From NCBI RefSeq assembly GCF_009914755.1, contig NC_060931.1: 64,000 nucleotides of DNA; one strand, given 5' to 3'. The stretch comes from the human T2T-CHM13v2.0 reference genome, Homo sapiens. Positions 11,896 to 26,266 of the stretch are shown piece by piece (within the stretch, counting starts at the first letter, position 1; each line of letters opens with the position of its first letter). Under the pieces are notes generated by a model that searched no databases, was not told the origin of the DNA, and saw nothing but the letters and a program-made list of their open reading frames with translations. Both the position numbers and the translations under genes were made by a program.

Positions 11896-12939
11896 ACAGG
11901 TTGAATGAGGAATTCTAGAAACTGTCTGCTGTTGATCTAGTTATTTACAAATGTATAATTGCAGTATTGTATGTAAATATATAAATATATAATTACTGTA
12001 AATTACAAAGGTAAATTACTACAAAAAATAAAAAGTTGGTAATGTTGGACATTCATGTTGCCTAATTCATAATTTAGTTTATTCTGAAAATCCTTTTTGT
12101 TAAAAAACATAATTATATAATGACAATTTTGGTGGTAAAACTTTCTAGAACATTTAAGAATTTGTTATTATAGTTCTTAAGTGTCATCTTTATTCGTTTT
12201 GACTTTATTTGGCACTAAGTATCATCCTAAGTGAAATTACCATGTCATTAGGATCAACTGCCTTGATTGCAGTATAAATAATGCTATGTGAAGGCAAGGG
12301 TTTGTTCTGAAAAAAGAATGAGAAATGAAGTTTTCTGATTTAGTAAGGGGAAAAATAGCCCTCAAGTTAGTCCCATTATATTTTAAAATTATTACTTACC
12401 TTAAACTTTCAAAGTACTTTGAAGTCTGTAATCTTGTTTTTTAATGTACAGAGAAAGAAGGAAGAAAGCAAGATCACTTCTACTGGATTTCAGACAGTAG
12501 GGATACCTTGTGAATAAAACAGACAAGACACCTGCCCTTTTGGAGCTTATGCGCTACTGGGAGAAGAGATAAGACTGAAAAATAAATTAATAAATGGGAG
12601 CACATATTAAGTGCTAAAGGAAATAGAGGAAACAATGGGTGGTGAGTTAGATAATAACAAGTATGTCTATTTTAGATTAGGTGGCCAGGCAGTAACTCAG
12701 TTTAGTCCATCTGAGCATTTGCTCTTATTTCAGTAGTTCTTTGCTAACTCAAGGAGCTACTGTACTTAAAAACATGCAAAATATGTTGTATTTGTGGCAT
12801 AGTTCATATTTACACTATCATAAAATTATGGCCGAGAAGTTAAATATTCTAAATGTGTCAACATAGTTCTCTGTAAAACTGACTTATTTTCCAAATATAT
12901 TTTGAAATAAAACAATATAAAAATGTTTTCTGTTTTTAG

Positions 12940-13194
12940 GAATGGTGGAAAGCAGCAGACATAATTGGAGTGGGTTGGATAAGCAAAGTGATATTCAAAA
13001 TTTAAATGAAGAGAGAATCTTAGCTTTACAGCTTTGTGGGTGGATAAAGAAAGGAACGGATGTAGACGTGGGGCCATTTTTGAACTCCCTTGTACAAGAA
13101 GGGGAATGGGAAAGAGCTGCTGCTGTGGCATTGTTCAACTTGGATATTCGCCGAGCAATCCAAATCCTGAATGAAGGGGCATCTTCTGAAAAAG
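12940..13194 (+). CDS. MIOS: MIOS coding exon 3 (MVESSRHNW...GASSEK)
   Basis: tgtttttag acceptor; phase 1-1; donor G/GTATTA at 13195. Confidence 0.96.
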
Positions 13195-15237
13195 GTATTA
13201 GGTTATAAACTAAGATATTAGTTATAATCTAAGATGTTAGCAGTTCATGGAATCTTTTAAAGAAAAGAGGCTAATAATTTTCAAATATCTAATCACTTAA
13301 AATTTTAATTTAATTTTTGTTGGAGGAGAAAACACAGCAGTATATCTATAACAGTAAATACTTAGCTCATCTCTTATGCCTTGGTTTAGGGCTGTAAAAA
13401 CAAAGATGTGTCTTAAATGTTAGTATAATATTATAAGGAGTGCTCAAGTGTGTCCATTTTCAATGTTTTCTCTTAAAGATAGTTCACATAACATTTTTTA
13501 AAATATATTTTCTTAAAGATTAGGGCTACTTTAGCCTACAAGTATTTTTACGATCCATATTTGAGTGTTTTAGTTTATACTTTCTTTGGGATGGTTATTG
13601 TTTGACCTTTAAGAAACTCTGAATGACACTTTTATTTAGGCTAATACAAATTGTTATAAAAAGCATACTTTGATCTTCAAATTGCTTCTTGAATCTGGTG
13701 ATTAAAATACAGTTTTCATTTAGTGTTTTTTAAAAAGAAAGAGATAAGGTTTTTTTACTCTGGCATTTTGCCAGAGGATCCTCGGAAAAACAAATCCTAA
13801 TACAAAACCTCAGGGGTTTTTTTCTTATCAGGAATATTTCGCTTGGAAATAACTAAAATATATATAGCTATTGGTCTTTAGTACACCTAAAAAATAATTT
13901 TTGAATATTCAGAATACTGAATCCTTACTTGCTGGTCCATTTTGAAACCATTATAGTTTAGCTGTAGCATAGAGAAAAACATGAAATTCACTGTAATTTT
14001 TTTTGTAGTCTAAAAGTTAAAAAAGTCAATGTTTTGCTCAGATTGGCATCTTTTCCTTCACCTTTGCTCTAACAAAAGTCTCCCTCATTTAAGAGTGCAA
14101 TAGAAAATAGGTGATGATGGAAAAAAGAATTGATATTTAAAGCCATTTCTAATTATAATTTTGCTATAACTTGAAAGGGTGATACTTTCCTATCTTGTGT
14201 ACCTGGGAAATTTGGTGGTCGATTTAAACACCCATACTAACAATAGGGAAAATGTATCTTTCCAGTGATTTTAAGGACTGAAGAGAAGACTTCTCTGAGT
14301 CAAACATTCTTTTCCATTTAGAAGTAAATTGTTCTATACAAAATCCAAAGATACTTCTTTGCTATTTTTATTTTTATTTTAAAAGACCTTAAATCTAATG
14401 TATTAGGCAAAGGAAGCAAGCACAAAGTAACTTGGGAAAGTGTTTATAGAAATGAGGAATATAAAGCTGTTAAGAACATAAAGTGGGAAACACTGCTTTA
14501 TTTGGAAAAGAAAGAAAAAGATTAGAATCAAGAAATAGATTAAGAAAACTTATATAATAAGTGTAGAAAATACTTAAAAGTCAAAGTTAAAGGAAAATTC
14601 AGTTTTTTCTTTTGAAGCTGAACTTCGGTTAGAAGACTAGGCAGCCATACTGCTGAAGGCAAAGTTAGCAGCTTATCAGCATGCATCTAAACTGCTAAGA
14701 ACAAATGTTTAAAAGACTATTGGTAACAAATGCTTTCTTGCAAATGGGTCTAAATGCAGTTCTGTGGTAATTCTTATAGTTCATTTTGTCCTGGAAAAAT
14801 TGTAAGTGTAATACTGTAATTAAAGTATTGAAATATTACTTTCTGCACTTTGCATTGACACTTATATACATAAGTGTCTGCATTATATATTTAGGAATAG
14901 GAAAATAAAATGATTTTGAATATTGCAGTCTTGAGATGCAATATTTACTATAAGTGTTTTTGAAATACCTTTACATTAATAAACTTGTTAAAGTTGACAG
15001 TGATTCTGGTAGGATGACTTCACTTTTCTTCATTTAGTAAGCAATAACATACATATATGGGAACATACACAGGAATAACTTATATAAGACCCTGCCTGGA
15101 TTGAGAACTTGAAAAGTAAAAGATCTGCTTCCCTGCACAGAGTTTGCACACATGGGCATGAGTTTTATAAGGGTAGAAATGTTTTGCTTATTGTCTTTGC
15201 CAAATTTTCCAGTCTGAATCAAAACCCAAACCCCCCC

Positions 15238-15323
15238 TTTTTTTTTTTTTTCAAGAGTAAAGTGCAACTTTATTAAGAAAGTAAAGGAATAAAAGAATGG
15301 CTACTCCATAGGCAGAGCAGCCC
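15238..15323 (-). mobile_element. Polyadenylated fragment of an ERV1 LTR (MER41-like R region), retrocopy
   Basis: Minus strand reads gggctgctctgcctatggagtagccattcttttattcctttactttcttAATAAAgttgcactttactcttg then poly(A); TSD-like aaaaccc on both flanks. Confidence 0.7.
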
Positions 15324-15456
15324 AAAACCCTTATTCTCTGAGCTCATTTTTCTGAGGGTAAAAGTCACCCTCTGATTTCTATTTATGGTTTAAGAAATGT
15401 AGAAGAGATATTAAGCTTTTGATCACTTTGATTAGCTGGCTGTTTTTAATATGCAG

Positions 15457-15626
15457 GAGATCTGAATCTCAATGTGGTAGCAATGGCTTTATCGGGTTAT
15501 ACGGATGAGAAGAACTCCCTTTGGAGAGAAATGTGTAGCACACTGCGATTACAGCTAAATAACCCGTATTTGTGTGTCATGTTTGCATTTCTGACAAGTG
15601 AAACAGGATCTTACGATGGAGTTTTG
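15457..15626 (+). CDS. MIOS: MIOS coding exon 4 ([14 protein letters not shown]...YDGVL)
   Basis: atgcag acceptor; open frame continues the previous exon; donor TTG/GTAAGC. Confidence 0.95.
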
Positions 15627-15976
15627 GTAAGCTAACTTGTTTTTTAAGATCTTCCTTTGAATTAAGATAGGAGTTTTTATCTAACTTTATTAAAATTTTC
15701 AAATGTCTGTTGCATAAAATATTATATTTTTATGCATATGTTATTTAAAATAAGGCATCTTGGGCTTTTTTTTTGAGCAGCTCTTCTTGAGTGTGATTCC
15801 CGTCCTAGAGTTAGTTAACTGATACCAAACTGGATTTGATTTTTATGGTTTTAATATAATTTACAGATATAGAAGGAATAAAGATTTTATCCTTTAGCTT
15901 AAGAACTGAGCTGTAGAAATCTACAGCTGTGTAAACATAAAAATATATTCGCTGTTTACACTGTGCACACATGCAC

Positions 15977-16000
15977 GTGTGTGTGTGTGTGTGTGTGTGT
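15977..16000. repeat. (GT)n microsatellite
   Basis: Direct reading. Confidence 0.95.
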
Positions 16001-16778
16001 AGTTAAATAAAACAACTCACGATTATTGATCAGTTATGGTGGAGGTGGCCATACATCTTGTCCCAGTTAGTCTTTGTGGTTCCTGTTAGGAATGATAACA
16101 GTACTTACAGTGGACTATTTCAGCTTTTTATTTGGTCTTTGTGTTATTCTTTTTCTCTTCTGTTTTAACCACCTGTGATCATAACACAATCAAATAGGTT
16201 CTTTATCACAAAACGGGGAAAGAAAGAATGAAGTGAGATTTGCTTACCAGTTTTAGCTATTGGGTTTTAAGCTAAACAATAGTACTACAACTTTCTTTGC
16301 ACTACTTGGCTTCTTTCTAGCAGTGGGAAGAACTTTCTACACTGAAATTCATTTCTGTGTTTGCTACTGTACCATTTCTTATCAATTATACATTTCTTGA
16401 ATAAGTGATTTAAGGATTAGTCCCTAAGAATTTGTAAAAATATGTATTTTATTGGAGCAGCTTAATGAAATGTTTAATAAATGTGTATTTTGCACTTTAT
16501 GTACTTTATTACTTTTAATAAATTACTATTGAACTTTTTCTGACCAATTCAAATTAATACGTATAATGTTAGGACTTTATTTTTTAACTGTAATTAATCT
16601 TTTTTGTTAAACAGAAGACTTTAAATGTATCTTGGAGAGATAAAATAATGCTTTCACGAAGTGTTAGAGAATGATAGAGACTAGATAAACAAGTGGATTG
16701 TTAACTTCTGAATTGATAAAAGATGTATATTGTTTAAATATTAAATTTCTGCATTTTAAGTTAAGTGACCCATAATAA

Positions 16779-17122
<344 letters not shown>

Positions 17123-17279
17123 CCAGTATCCTTGTTTTGCTATACATAAATTTGAGTTATTAGATAACAGTCATCTTGAGTACGAAGTTCATATTTCCAA
17201 GCTGTTTCATTTATGTATTTAGTTATACTTTATGTATAAATAATTATAATTAATGTTGCTATTTAAAAAATGTTAATAG

Positions 17280-17420
17280 TAATGTGAAAAGTACTGAATT
17301 GGGAAGTCGGAAAATACAGGCCTGACTCCTTGCTCTGCCCCATTTACCATAGCCATTCAGTTAATTTTTTTGAGTATTACTTTCTCGAGATGTAAAATGG
17401 GACAGAATAATGTTTATAAC
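17280..17420. mobile_element. MIR fragment
   Basis: cttgctctgccccatttacc...tgtaaaatgggacagaataatg. Confidence 0.5.
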
Positions 17421-18300
17421 TCTTTCCAGATCAAAATTTTGTAACATATGCAACTGAATCTAAGAGTTAAATCTAGTTATATGAAATATGTTCTCTCTTT
17501 AGGGCAAAACCATATTTTATCATAGAAAAAATATGCTAAGATATAGGTATCAACTGAAGTGATCTTACGGTTAAAAAAGTAAAATTTTCATAGGATGACT
17601 TCAGTGGAAATTGGATCTTTTTTCCACCCTTAAATTATTTTTACAAATTACAAAATTAATTGTACCTTCCTACATTTGTAGTAAATATATTTCAAAAGTG
17701 TTTCATGATATTGACGAGTTTACAAAAATTTTAGTTATTATAATGCCTCTGAAATCTTTGCCACAAACCACCTATATAACAACTTTAGCCACAAGAGTGT
17801 GTCTGTTTATGTTTTAAAACTTGTCACTTTGTACTTGGAAACGTATATTGGTATTCTTCTAAGTTGTGTACTGGTGTAGCCAATTCACAAATTTCTTAGA
17901 CTTACTGATTAACTTAGTAGCCAAGGAAAGATTTCCTTAGTTCTCTAAAATTAATTTCTATGATGGAAAGATTATGTGGCATCTTAAATTTGATATACTG
18001 TGCATCATTGCTTATGTTTTATGTTATGTAAGACTGACCTGGATTTTTAAAAACTGAATTTGGCTAGTGTTTAAAAGGTAAATTTTTACTTTGCAAGGAC
18101 AAAACCTTATTGCTGAATTTCCTAAGAGTTACATCAAGAAAGGCATCTCAGGCAATTAATGGCTCCGCAAGATAAATATAACTTATTAATAAATTTGGAA
18201 ATAAACATATTCATTTTATTTATATAAAACATTCAGTCTCTGCAAAAATTTAAAACCAGTGCGCCTAGAAGTAACTCCTTGCTTTTTCTCTTCTTTCCAG

Positions 18301-18366
18301 TATGAAAACAAAGTTGCAGTACGTGACAGAGTGGCATTTGCTTGTAAATTCCTTAGTGATACTCAG
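18301..18366 (+). CDS. MIOS: MIOS coding exon 5 (YENKVAVRDRVAFACKFLSDTQ)
   Basis: Strong polypyrimidine tract plus ttccag; donor CAG/GTGAAA; phase 0-0. Confidence 0.95.
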
Positions 18367-19207
18367 GTGAAAACTGATTTAATTCCACATTTGAAGTAAT
18401 TAATATGTACTGTCACAATTATGTAAGAAACTAGTCTTTATAATTATATATGTATGAGATTGATAAGCTAATTCTTCTAAAAAGTATGGTAAGAATTTAT
18501 TAGATAAAAATATTTTGAAAATGTCTACCATAACTAAATTTATTTGTTTAGAATACTGACAATATTTTAGTATATTTCTTCTTTGGAAGGTAAGATTAGT
18601 TAGTAGGTAAAGATGTTAAACTCACCTCTTAGTGATGCTATGAAAGGGTTCCTCATTTTTACTACATTAAACAATGCTAAATGCCTATGCTGTGTATATA
18701 GTGAGGGGGAAATGCATGTAAACAACCAGTAATACTATATGCTAAGTACTGTAATAATGAAAAATGCTGGGGAAAGATGGAGGAATCTTGGCAAGAGTTT
18801 GGGGTGGGTTGAAGTCAGGGAAGACCTAAAGGAAGTTATTCTTGATGATCTTAAAGTTCCCTTCCAACTCCAGATTTTGTGATTCTGTTACATACTACTA
18901 TGATAGACAGCAAAAATTTCGCAGAATAATGAGGACAATTATCTTTAAAATAATAAACCATCTATAGTTCTTTTATGGATTAATTATCAACATAATAAAT
19001 GCCTTTTTAAAATATTTTAAATGATTATGGATATTGCTTTGAAATTTGTAATAGATGCAGACTTCTTAGTTAAATATTTATATTTTAGTAAAGTCTTTTG
19101 TTTTAAAATGTTTTCCATTAGGAATGAAATTGTTCAAAATGTAGTTTTGAAGTACAAAATACATAGTGAAACAGATTGCTTTAGAAAAATCACTTTAAAT
19201 TTTCCAG

Positions 19208-19366
19208 TTAAATAGATACATCGAAAAGTTGACCAATGAAATGAAAGAGGCTGGAAATTTGGAAGGAATTTTGCTTACAGGCCTTACTAAAGATGGAGTG
19301 GACTTAATGGAGAGTTATGTTGATAGAACTGGAGATGTTCAAACAGCAAGTTACTGTATGTTACAG
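19208..19366 (+). CDS. MIOS: MIOS coding exon 6 (LNRYIEKL...YCMLQ)
   Basis: tttccag acceptor; 53 codons open including [11 protein letters not shown] and [11 protein letters not shown]; donor CAG/GTCAGT. Confidence 0.96.
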
Positions 19367-21100
19367 GTCAGTGCAGTTTGACAGCAGCTTTTAAAAAAGT
19401 AACAATATTCTATATTTTCTTTCCTCAGTTGAAAGTAAATATGCACTTTTGCTTGCTTAGGATCTTTAGAAGGCATTTAGTTTTAACCTAATCAGTTGAT
19501 CTACTGAAGACTTGTGCCTTATCTTACTGTCCCTAAGCCTCTTCATTGAGTTATCCAGTTTTTCCTTTCAGTCTGAGAAGGGCCAGTCTTGACTGCATCT
19601 GAATTTATGTAAAGCTCAAATTGAATAGAGAAACTCTCTTCAGTTTCTCCAATTGTTGACATAACTGCATCTTCTACAAGAAAGATTGGCTTTTCCTGAT
19701 CTCAACTATAGTCTTACTTGAAGTGCTGAAGTCTAGTTATACCACAGCTCTCAGCTTTCATTTTCTCTTTTTATTATCATTGGGGGTATTTGGGGTAACC
19801 AATTTATCCATATTTTCTCAATTTTTACTGTCCAGTGATTAAAAACAGATTCCAGGCATAGATTGCTGTCTACTTTACTTTTGCTGGAAATAATGGTAAA
19901 ATTTAGAGTATTCTCCTGAGATTTCCTGTAGCCCTCCAGTTGATCTTATCCTTACATGATGTTGGTACCCTCCTCTTTCCTGCCCTCATCCTCATATCAC
20001 AATATGGTAGCATACTGTGTACTGGGTGAACACAGGAAAATGCCCCCTCTCCCACTGCACCTTCTTGTGCATATATAGAGACACTAGCCCACAGACCACA
20101 AAGTAAACTTACCTAATGTATCAAGCCACTGCCCATGGAAGAAAAAGTACCCTTCTATAACATTTTTTCTTGTTGAGATAAAATTATGTCTTTTAAATTA
20201 AAGTGTATGTATATGGCTGTAGATGGCTACAGAGTGCAAATGAGTTAGTAACTTCTTACCAAGATTTATAAAATATATTTAAAATGCAGACAATACAGAT
20301 CTTGCTTTTTTAAAATCCAGTCTGATAATTGCTGCCTTTAATTGGAGTGTTTCCTTCATTTACATTTATATGGTCATGGTTAAGTCTACCATCTTGCTGT
20401 TTGTTTTCCGTTTTGTTTGTCCTTTTTCCTTTTGTTCCTATGTTCCTTTCCTACCTTATTTTGGGTTAATATTTCCATGTTTCATTTTATTGCCTCTATT
20501 GGCTTTTTAGCTATATCTCTTTTCATTATCTTTTTTAAAAGATGTTGCTGTAGATCTAACAATATGCATCCCTCAACTCATCAAAGTCAACATTTTACCC
20601 CCTCATACTTCACATTTCTCACCTGACACATCATGCTTTCTTTCTACTTTACCCTTTCTTATGTCACTCTGACACTTTCTGGGTTTTACTTCATGCTTCA
20701 CAAATGTCACAACAGTGTGATTTCATTTACACATCCATTCCTTTGTCCTATTGTCATATATTTTACTTTTACAGATATTATATACTCCAACTTACAGTGT
20801 TTTTTTAACAGTCATTTGTCTTTTATGTAAATTATGAAAAGAAAACATGGGCTTTTATATTTATTCACTTATTTACCATTCCTGGCATTCTTTTTCCCTT
20901 CTGTAAATCCTATAGCATTCCTTGTAATATAGGTGACAGATTCTCTCAAATTTTAACTGAAAATGTCTATTTCACTCTTATTTTTTCTTTCAACACTTTA
21001 AAGATGTAGTTTCACTGTCTTCTGGCCTCTGTTGTTTCTGATGAGAATCAGCTGTTCTTATGCTTGTCTCCCTGTCTGTGATGTTTCATTTTTTGTTGGG

Positions 21101-21383
21101 TTTTTTTTTTTTTTTTTGAGACAGGGTCTCGCTCTCTCACCCAGGCTGGGGTGGATCTCAGCTCATTGCAGCCTCCAGGCTCAAGCAATCCTCCCACCTC
21201 AGCCTCCCAAGGAACTGGACCACAGGTTCACGCCACCACTCCTGGCTAATTTTTTGTATTTTTGACAGAAATGGGGTTTCACCATGTTGCCCAGGCTGGT
21301 CTCAAACTCCTGACCTCAAGTGATCTGCCCGCCCCGGCCTCCGAAAGTGTTAGGATTACAGGCATGAGCCACCACGCCCAGCC
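21101..21383 (-). mobile_element. Alu (possibly J/S chimeric) carrying 88 nt of flank copied from 8832-8919
   Basis: Alu in reverse; see findings. Confidence 0.9.
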
Positions 21384-21788
21384 TAAATTCTGATTTTTAA
21401 TGTTTAAGTAAATTTGTTTTCCTTGCAACCATCAATAAAATGTTTTCTATTATTTATATGTAGGATAATCTTTTTGGGTTTCTTCCAAGATTTTTCCTTT
21501 ACCTTTGATTTTTCAGTAGTATGACCTTAATGTACCTGGTTGTGGTTCATTTTATCCTGTTTGTGGTTCACTGAGCTTCTTGGATCTGGAAGTCTGTTTT
21601 TCAGCAGATTTGGGAAGTACGGGGATATTATTTCTTTAAATATTTTTTTCTGCCTCAATCTTATTCGGTTTTTCTTCTAGGACTCTTATTACATATGTAT
21701 TAAACCACTTCATAGTGTTCGTAGGTGCCTGAGGCTCTATTCTTCTTCCTTCCATGTTTTTTTTCCCACTATTCTTCAAATTGGTTAA

Positions 21789-22092
21789 TTTTTTTTTTTT
21801 AAAGACAGAGTCTTGCTGTGTCACGCAGGCTGGAGTGCAGTGGCACAATATTGGCTCACTGCAACCTCCACCTCCCAGGTTCAAGCATTTGAGTGATTCT
21901 CATGCCTCAGCCTCCCGAGTAGCTGGGATTACAGGCATGTGCCACCACACCTGGCTAATTTTTTGTATTTTTAGTAGGACATGGTTTCACTATGTTGGCC
22001 ATGCTGATCTTAAATGCCTGTCCTCAAGTGATCTGCCCGCCTCGGCCTCCCAAAGTGCTGGGATTACAGGCGCAAGCCACTGTGCCCGGCCC
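21789..22092 (-). mobile_element. AluS
   Basis: Full Alu in reverse. Confidence 0.93.
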
Positions 22093-22215
22093 AGATTTGT
22101 TGATTCTGTTGACTTATTCCATCACCTCTGTCTGCTGTTAAACTTCCCAGGGAATTGTTCATTTCAGTTATTGTGCTTTTCAGTTACAGAATCTTAACTT
22201 TGTTACAGTTTACTT

Positions 22216-22709
22216 TAGCAGTCCCCAACCTTTTTGCCCCAGGGACTTTTTAGCACCAGGGGGTTGGTTTAGGGATGATTCCAGCACATTGTATTTATTG
22301 TGCACTTTATTTCTATTATTATTGCACTGTAATACATAATGAAATAATTCTACAACTCACCATAATGTAGAATCAGTGGGAGCTCTGAGGTTATTTTCCT
22401 GCAACTAGATGGTCCCATCTGGGGATGATGGGAGACATTGACAGATCATCAGGCATTAGATTCTCATAAGGAGTATGCAGCCTAGATCCCTCACATGTGC
22501 AGTTCACAGTAGGGTTCACTGTCCTATGAGAATCTAATGCCACCACTGATCTGACAGGAGGCAGAGCTCAGGCACTAATGTGAGGGATGGGGAGCAGCCG
22601 TAAATACAGATGAAGCTTTGCTTATTGCCCTGTCACTCACCTCCTGCTGTGTGACCCAGTTTGTACCAGGCTATGGACCTGGGGGTATATTGGGGGTTGG
22701 AGCCCCCTG
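22216..22709 (-). mobile_element. MER1A, second copy
   Basis: Same family as 228-749; 8-bp TSD gtttactt/gtttacat. Confidence 0.85.
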
Positions 22710-23410
22710 GTTTACATTTCTCGGTTCAGATTCCTTATCTCTTCACTAATCAAAACACTATTTTCCCAAGCCCTTCTGATTTGGTCAGACTCAATCTCTG
22801 AACTATTTTCATTACAGATCATGTTGTGGCTTGATTTTAGGCTTTATTGGAGAGGATCTAGAGAAGACTTACTGTATATGTATTGACCAAATTCTTACTT
22901 AGTTTATCCCCTTCTTGCCATATAAGGGGAAAGAATGAGATGTGAAAACATCTTATTTTTCTGTGAATTTTCTTTTTAAACCAGGGATTATATGCTACTT
23001 TGGTACTTAGTTCTGCCTACTTGGTCATAATTAGGGCTAGAGTAGACCTCTACTTTTTTAAGAAATGAAATTGTAAGCTATGTGTTTCACATGTTCTTTT
23101 AGCTAAATTTAACTCTGGTAATTAACACTGAATTTAATAGATGAAAGATATGTTGCTTCAGTTTTTGATTGGATGTCTAAAGATTATATTAGCTCTTACA
23201 GATTTTTGTTCTTTTTTTTTATAAGTAAGATATACGCCAGGTTCTCTCTGAAATTTCACTTTTCTATTGGCCCTCAAGTAGGACTGAGAAAACTAACCTT
23301 CAGATTGATGCCAAAGCATCATTGGAAGTAGAGACTTTCTCTCCTTTCTCCATTATGTAAAGTTAAGGAAGATATCCTGGACAGGGCTGAAAGTCTTCTA
23401 AGAAAACCTA

Positions 23411-23723
<313 letters not shown>

Positions 23724-24091
23724 CTAAAGCAAGCATAGATGAAATGTGGAATGTCACAGCTGCCAGGGAAAATACAACTTTAGGAAAATTATTACTGGCA
23801 AGAACTTGAAGATCTTAATGAGAAGAACTCTAAAGTAAATTTAACTAAAACAAGGTGTTGCTTTTAACTGTGGCTACGGGCAAAAGAACTAAGAAGGTAT
23901 TTGGTTTGGTTTTGCTTTTTCTTGTTCTATTATTATTTTTAAGGCAAGAAATGTATGTTTTAATTGAAGGCAAGAGTAAGAATAGACAGGTTTAACTTAC
24001 AGATAAGTAGATATATAAAAGCAGCATCTCAGTTCACCGTGCATTGCTAGATAGGAAGGACCAAGCTAACTGTTAGTTCAGATGTGACTGA

Positions 24092-24448
<357 letters not shown>

Positions 24449-24784
24449 TAATTGCTGGGACAAAGGGTATTCGTATCACTGTTTACAACATTCAACCACG
24501 AAGTTCTGTTTTCTTAAACTTAACTAAAAGGTAGAGAATTAGACTTCCCTGGGCAGGTATGATATATAAAGTACATATTTATGTCATTAGTGGAACCCAG
24601 CTTGAGATAAATTAATGGAGCTTCCATAAATTTTCTTTATTCTCATTAGGAGCCAGCTTTTGGCAAAAAAAAAAAAAAAAAAGGCCTATTTCTTCTGTGT
24701 TACTCATACTTACATGCTACCCAGAAGTCTCTGGCCTAGCCAGGAGATTTTAAACAATTGAAATAATTCATGTTTTCGTTTTAG

Positions 24785-24937
24785 GGTTCACCTTTAGATG
24801 TTCTTAAAGATGAAAGGGTTCAGTACTGGATTGAGAATTATAGAAATTTATTAGATGCCTGGAGGTTTTGGCATAAACGAGCTGAATTTGATATTCACAG
24901 GAGTAAGTTGGATCCCAGTTCCAAGCCTTTAGCACAA
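24785..24937 (+). CDS. MIOS: MIOS coding exon 7 ([26 protein letters not shown]...PLAQ)
   Basis: ttttag acceptor; 51 codons open; donor CAA/GTAAGT. Confidence 0.96.
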
Positions 24938-26061
24938 GTAAGTACATTGTTTTGGAGAAAATCAAATTGTAACATGTTGATGTTCAATTTAATAAGTTAC
25001 TATTAGCTCATTATTTTGCTTATATTGAGTTCCCATTGATGTCTTTGTCTTTTGTAGACTGAACTTTGTCCTTGATCTTCCTGTCCTTTGGTTCTGCTTC
25101 TTGCTAACAATCATCTCAGTGGCTTGAGCTTTAGTCGCAGATAGAACAAACCACAGCAGGCCTGAAGTTTTCCAGTGTATTTCCAGCCCTTTCAGATTCT
25201 AAACTATTACATTATCTTATAAATTCCACTTGTGTATTAAGTTTTTTAGCATTATTTATGTGCAGTAAGGCAGGATTTGGGTTTTTTAGACTTTAGCAGT
25301 ATTACCTATATCTATATGTTTAATTACACATGGAAATTTTTTTTTAGCATTAGTTTAAAAAATGAGATTGTTGTCACATAAGGTATACCACATTAAATCA
25401 CTGTGTCTTAGTTCAGATATTAAATATTATGTTATCCTCAATATGAGCACTGGATGGTGCTATTTTCTTATTTTAGGAACTTGAGAAAGTGCTTATGTTA
25501 AAACCAGAGTGTTGATAAAATAGCATTACATGGTAGTACATGTTACTAATCTATATGATAAGTGATTAAGAGCCTAGCAATTTACGGTAAAAACAAAATG
25601 AACAGCTTCTATTGCTATTATTCTAAAAATTTAACTATTTACCATTATAAGTTTGTTAACTCTCTTTGTCTTAGGAACAGCGTTTTCTTTATAAGAAAAT
25701 TTTGTTCAGAAGATTATATCACTGAACTGTGGTTTAGAAGTCATATTGGGATATTTTGTAATGGCCCAGTGTGAATTCTGAAGTCATTGTTATTTCTAAA
25801 ATGTTGGAGTCTAAAGTTTGAGTTCTTCCACCAATTTCAGTGGTATTAGTAAGAATATAATTAAAAAGGAAGTGCCCCAAAAATGTAATTGCTAGGTATA
25901 AATTTTAAATGAAAGCTAGTCAACCTTAGCAGATCAATTTTGAAATATAAAATAAAGTTTTTTAAAAGTATTTAAAAATAATTTGTTAGGCGCACACTAA
26001 GTTATTTAGCATTCCATTATGGTTTGCATTACATTTATTTTTTCTTTCATTTGTTTTGTAG

Positions 26062-26266
26062 GTTTTTGTGAGTTGCAATTTCTGTGGCAAGTCAATCTCC
26101 TACAGCTGTTCAGCTGTGCCTCATCAGGGCAGAGGTTTTAGTCAGTATGGTGTGAGTGGCTCACCAACGAAATCTAAAGTCACAAGTTGTCCTGGCTGTC
26201 GAAAACCACTTCCTCGATGTGCGCTTTGTCTCATTAATATGGGAACACCAGTTTCTAGCTGTCCTG
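26062..26266 (+). CDS. MIOS: MIOS coding exon 8 (Zn finger: CNFC...CPGC...CALC)
   Basis: ttttgtag acceptor; CxxC motifs; donor G/GTATGA. Confidence 0.96.

Larger units (their letters stand above)
20290..22870 (-). mobile_element. Old L1M (L1ME/MC-type) remnant interrupted by two Alus and MER1A
   Basis: Reverse L1 body motifs (atccagtctgataat...ttacattta; cactgtcttctggcct; cactgagcttcttggatct). Confidence 0.65.
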
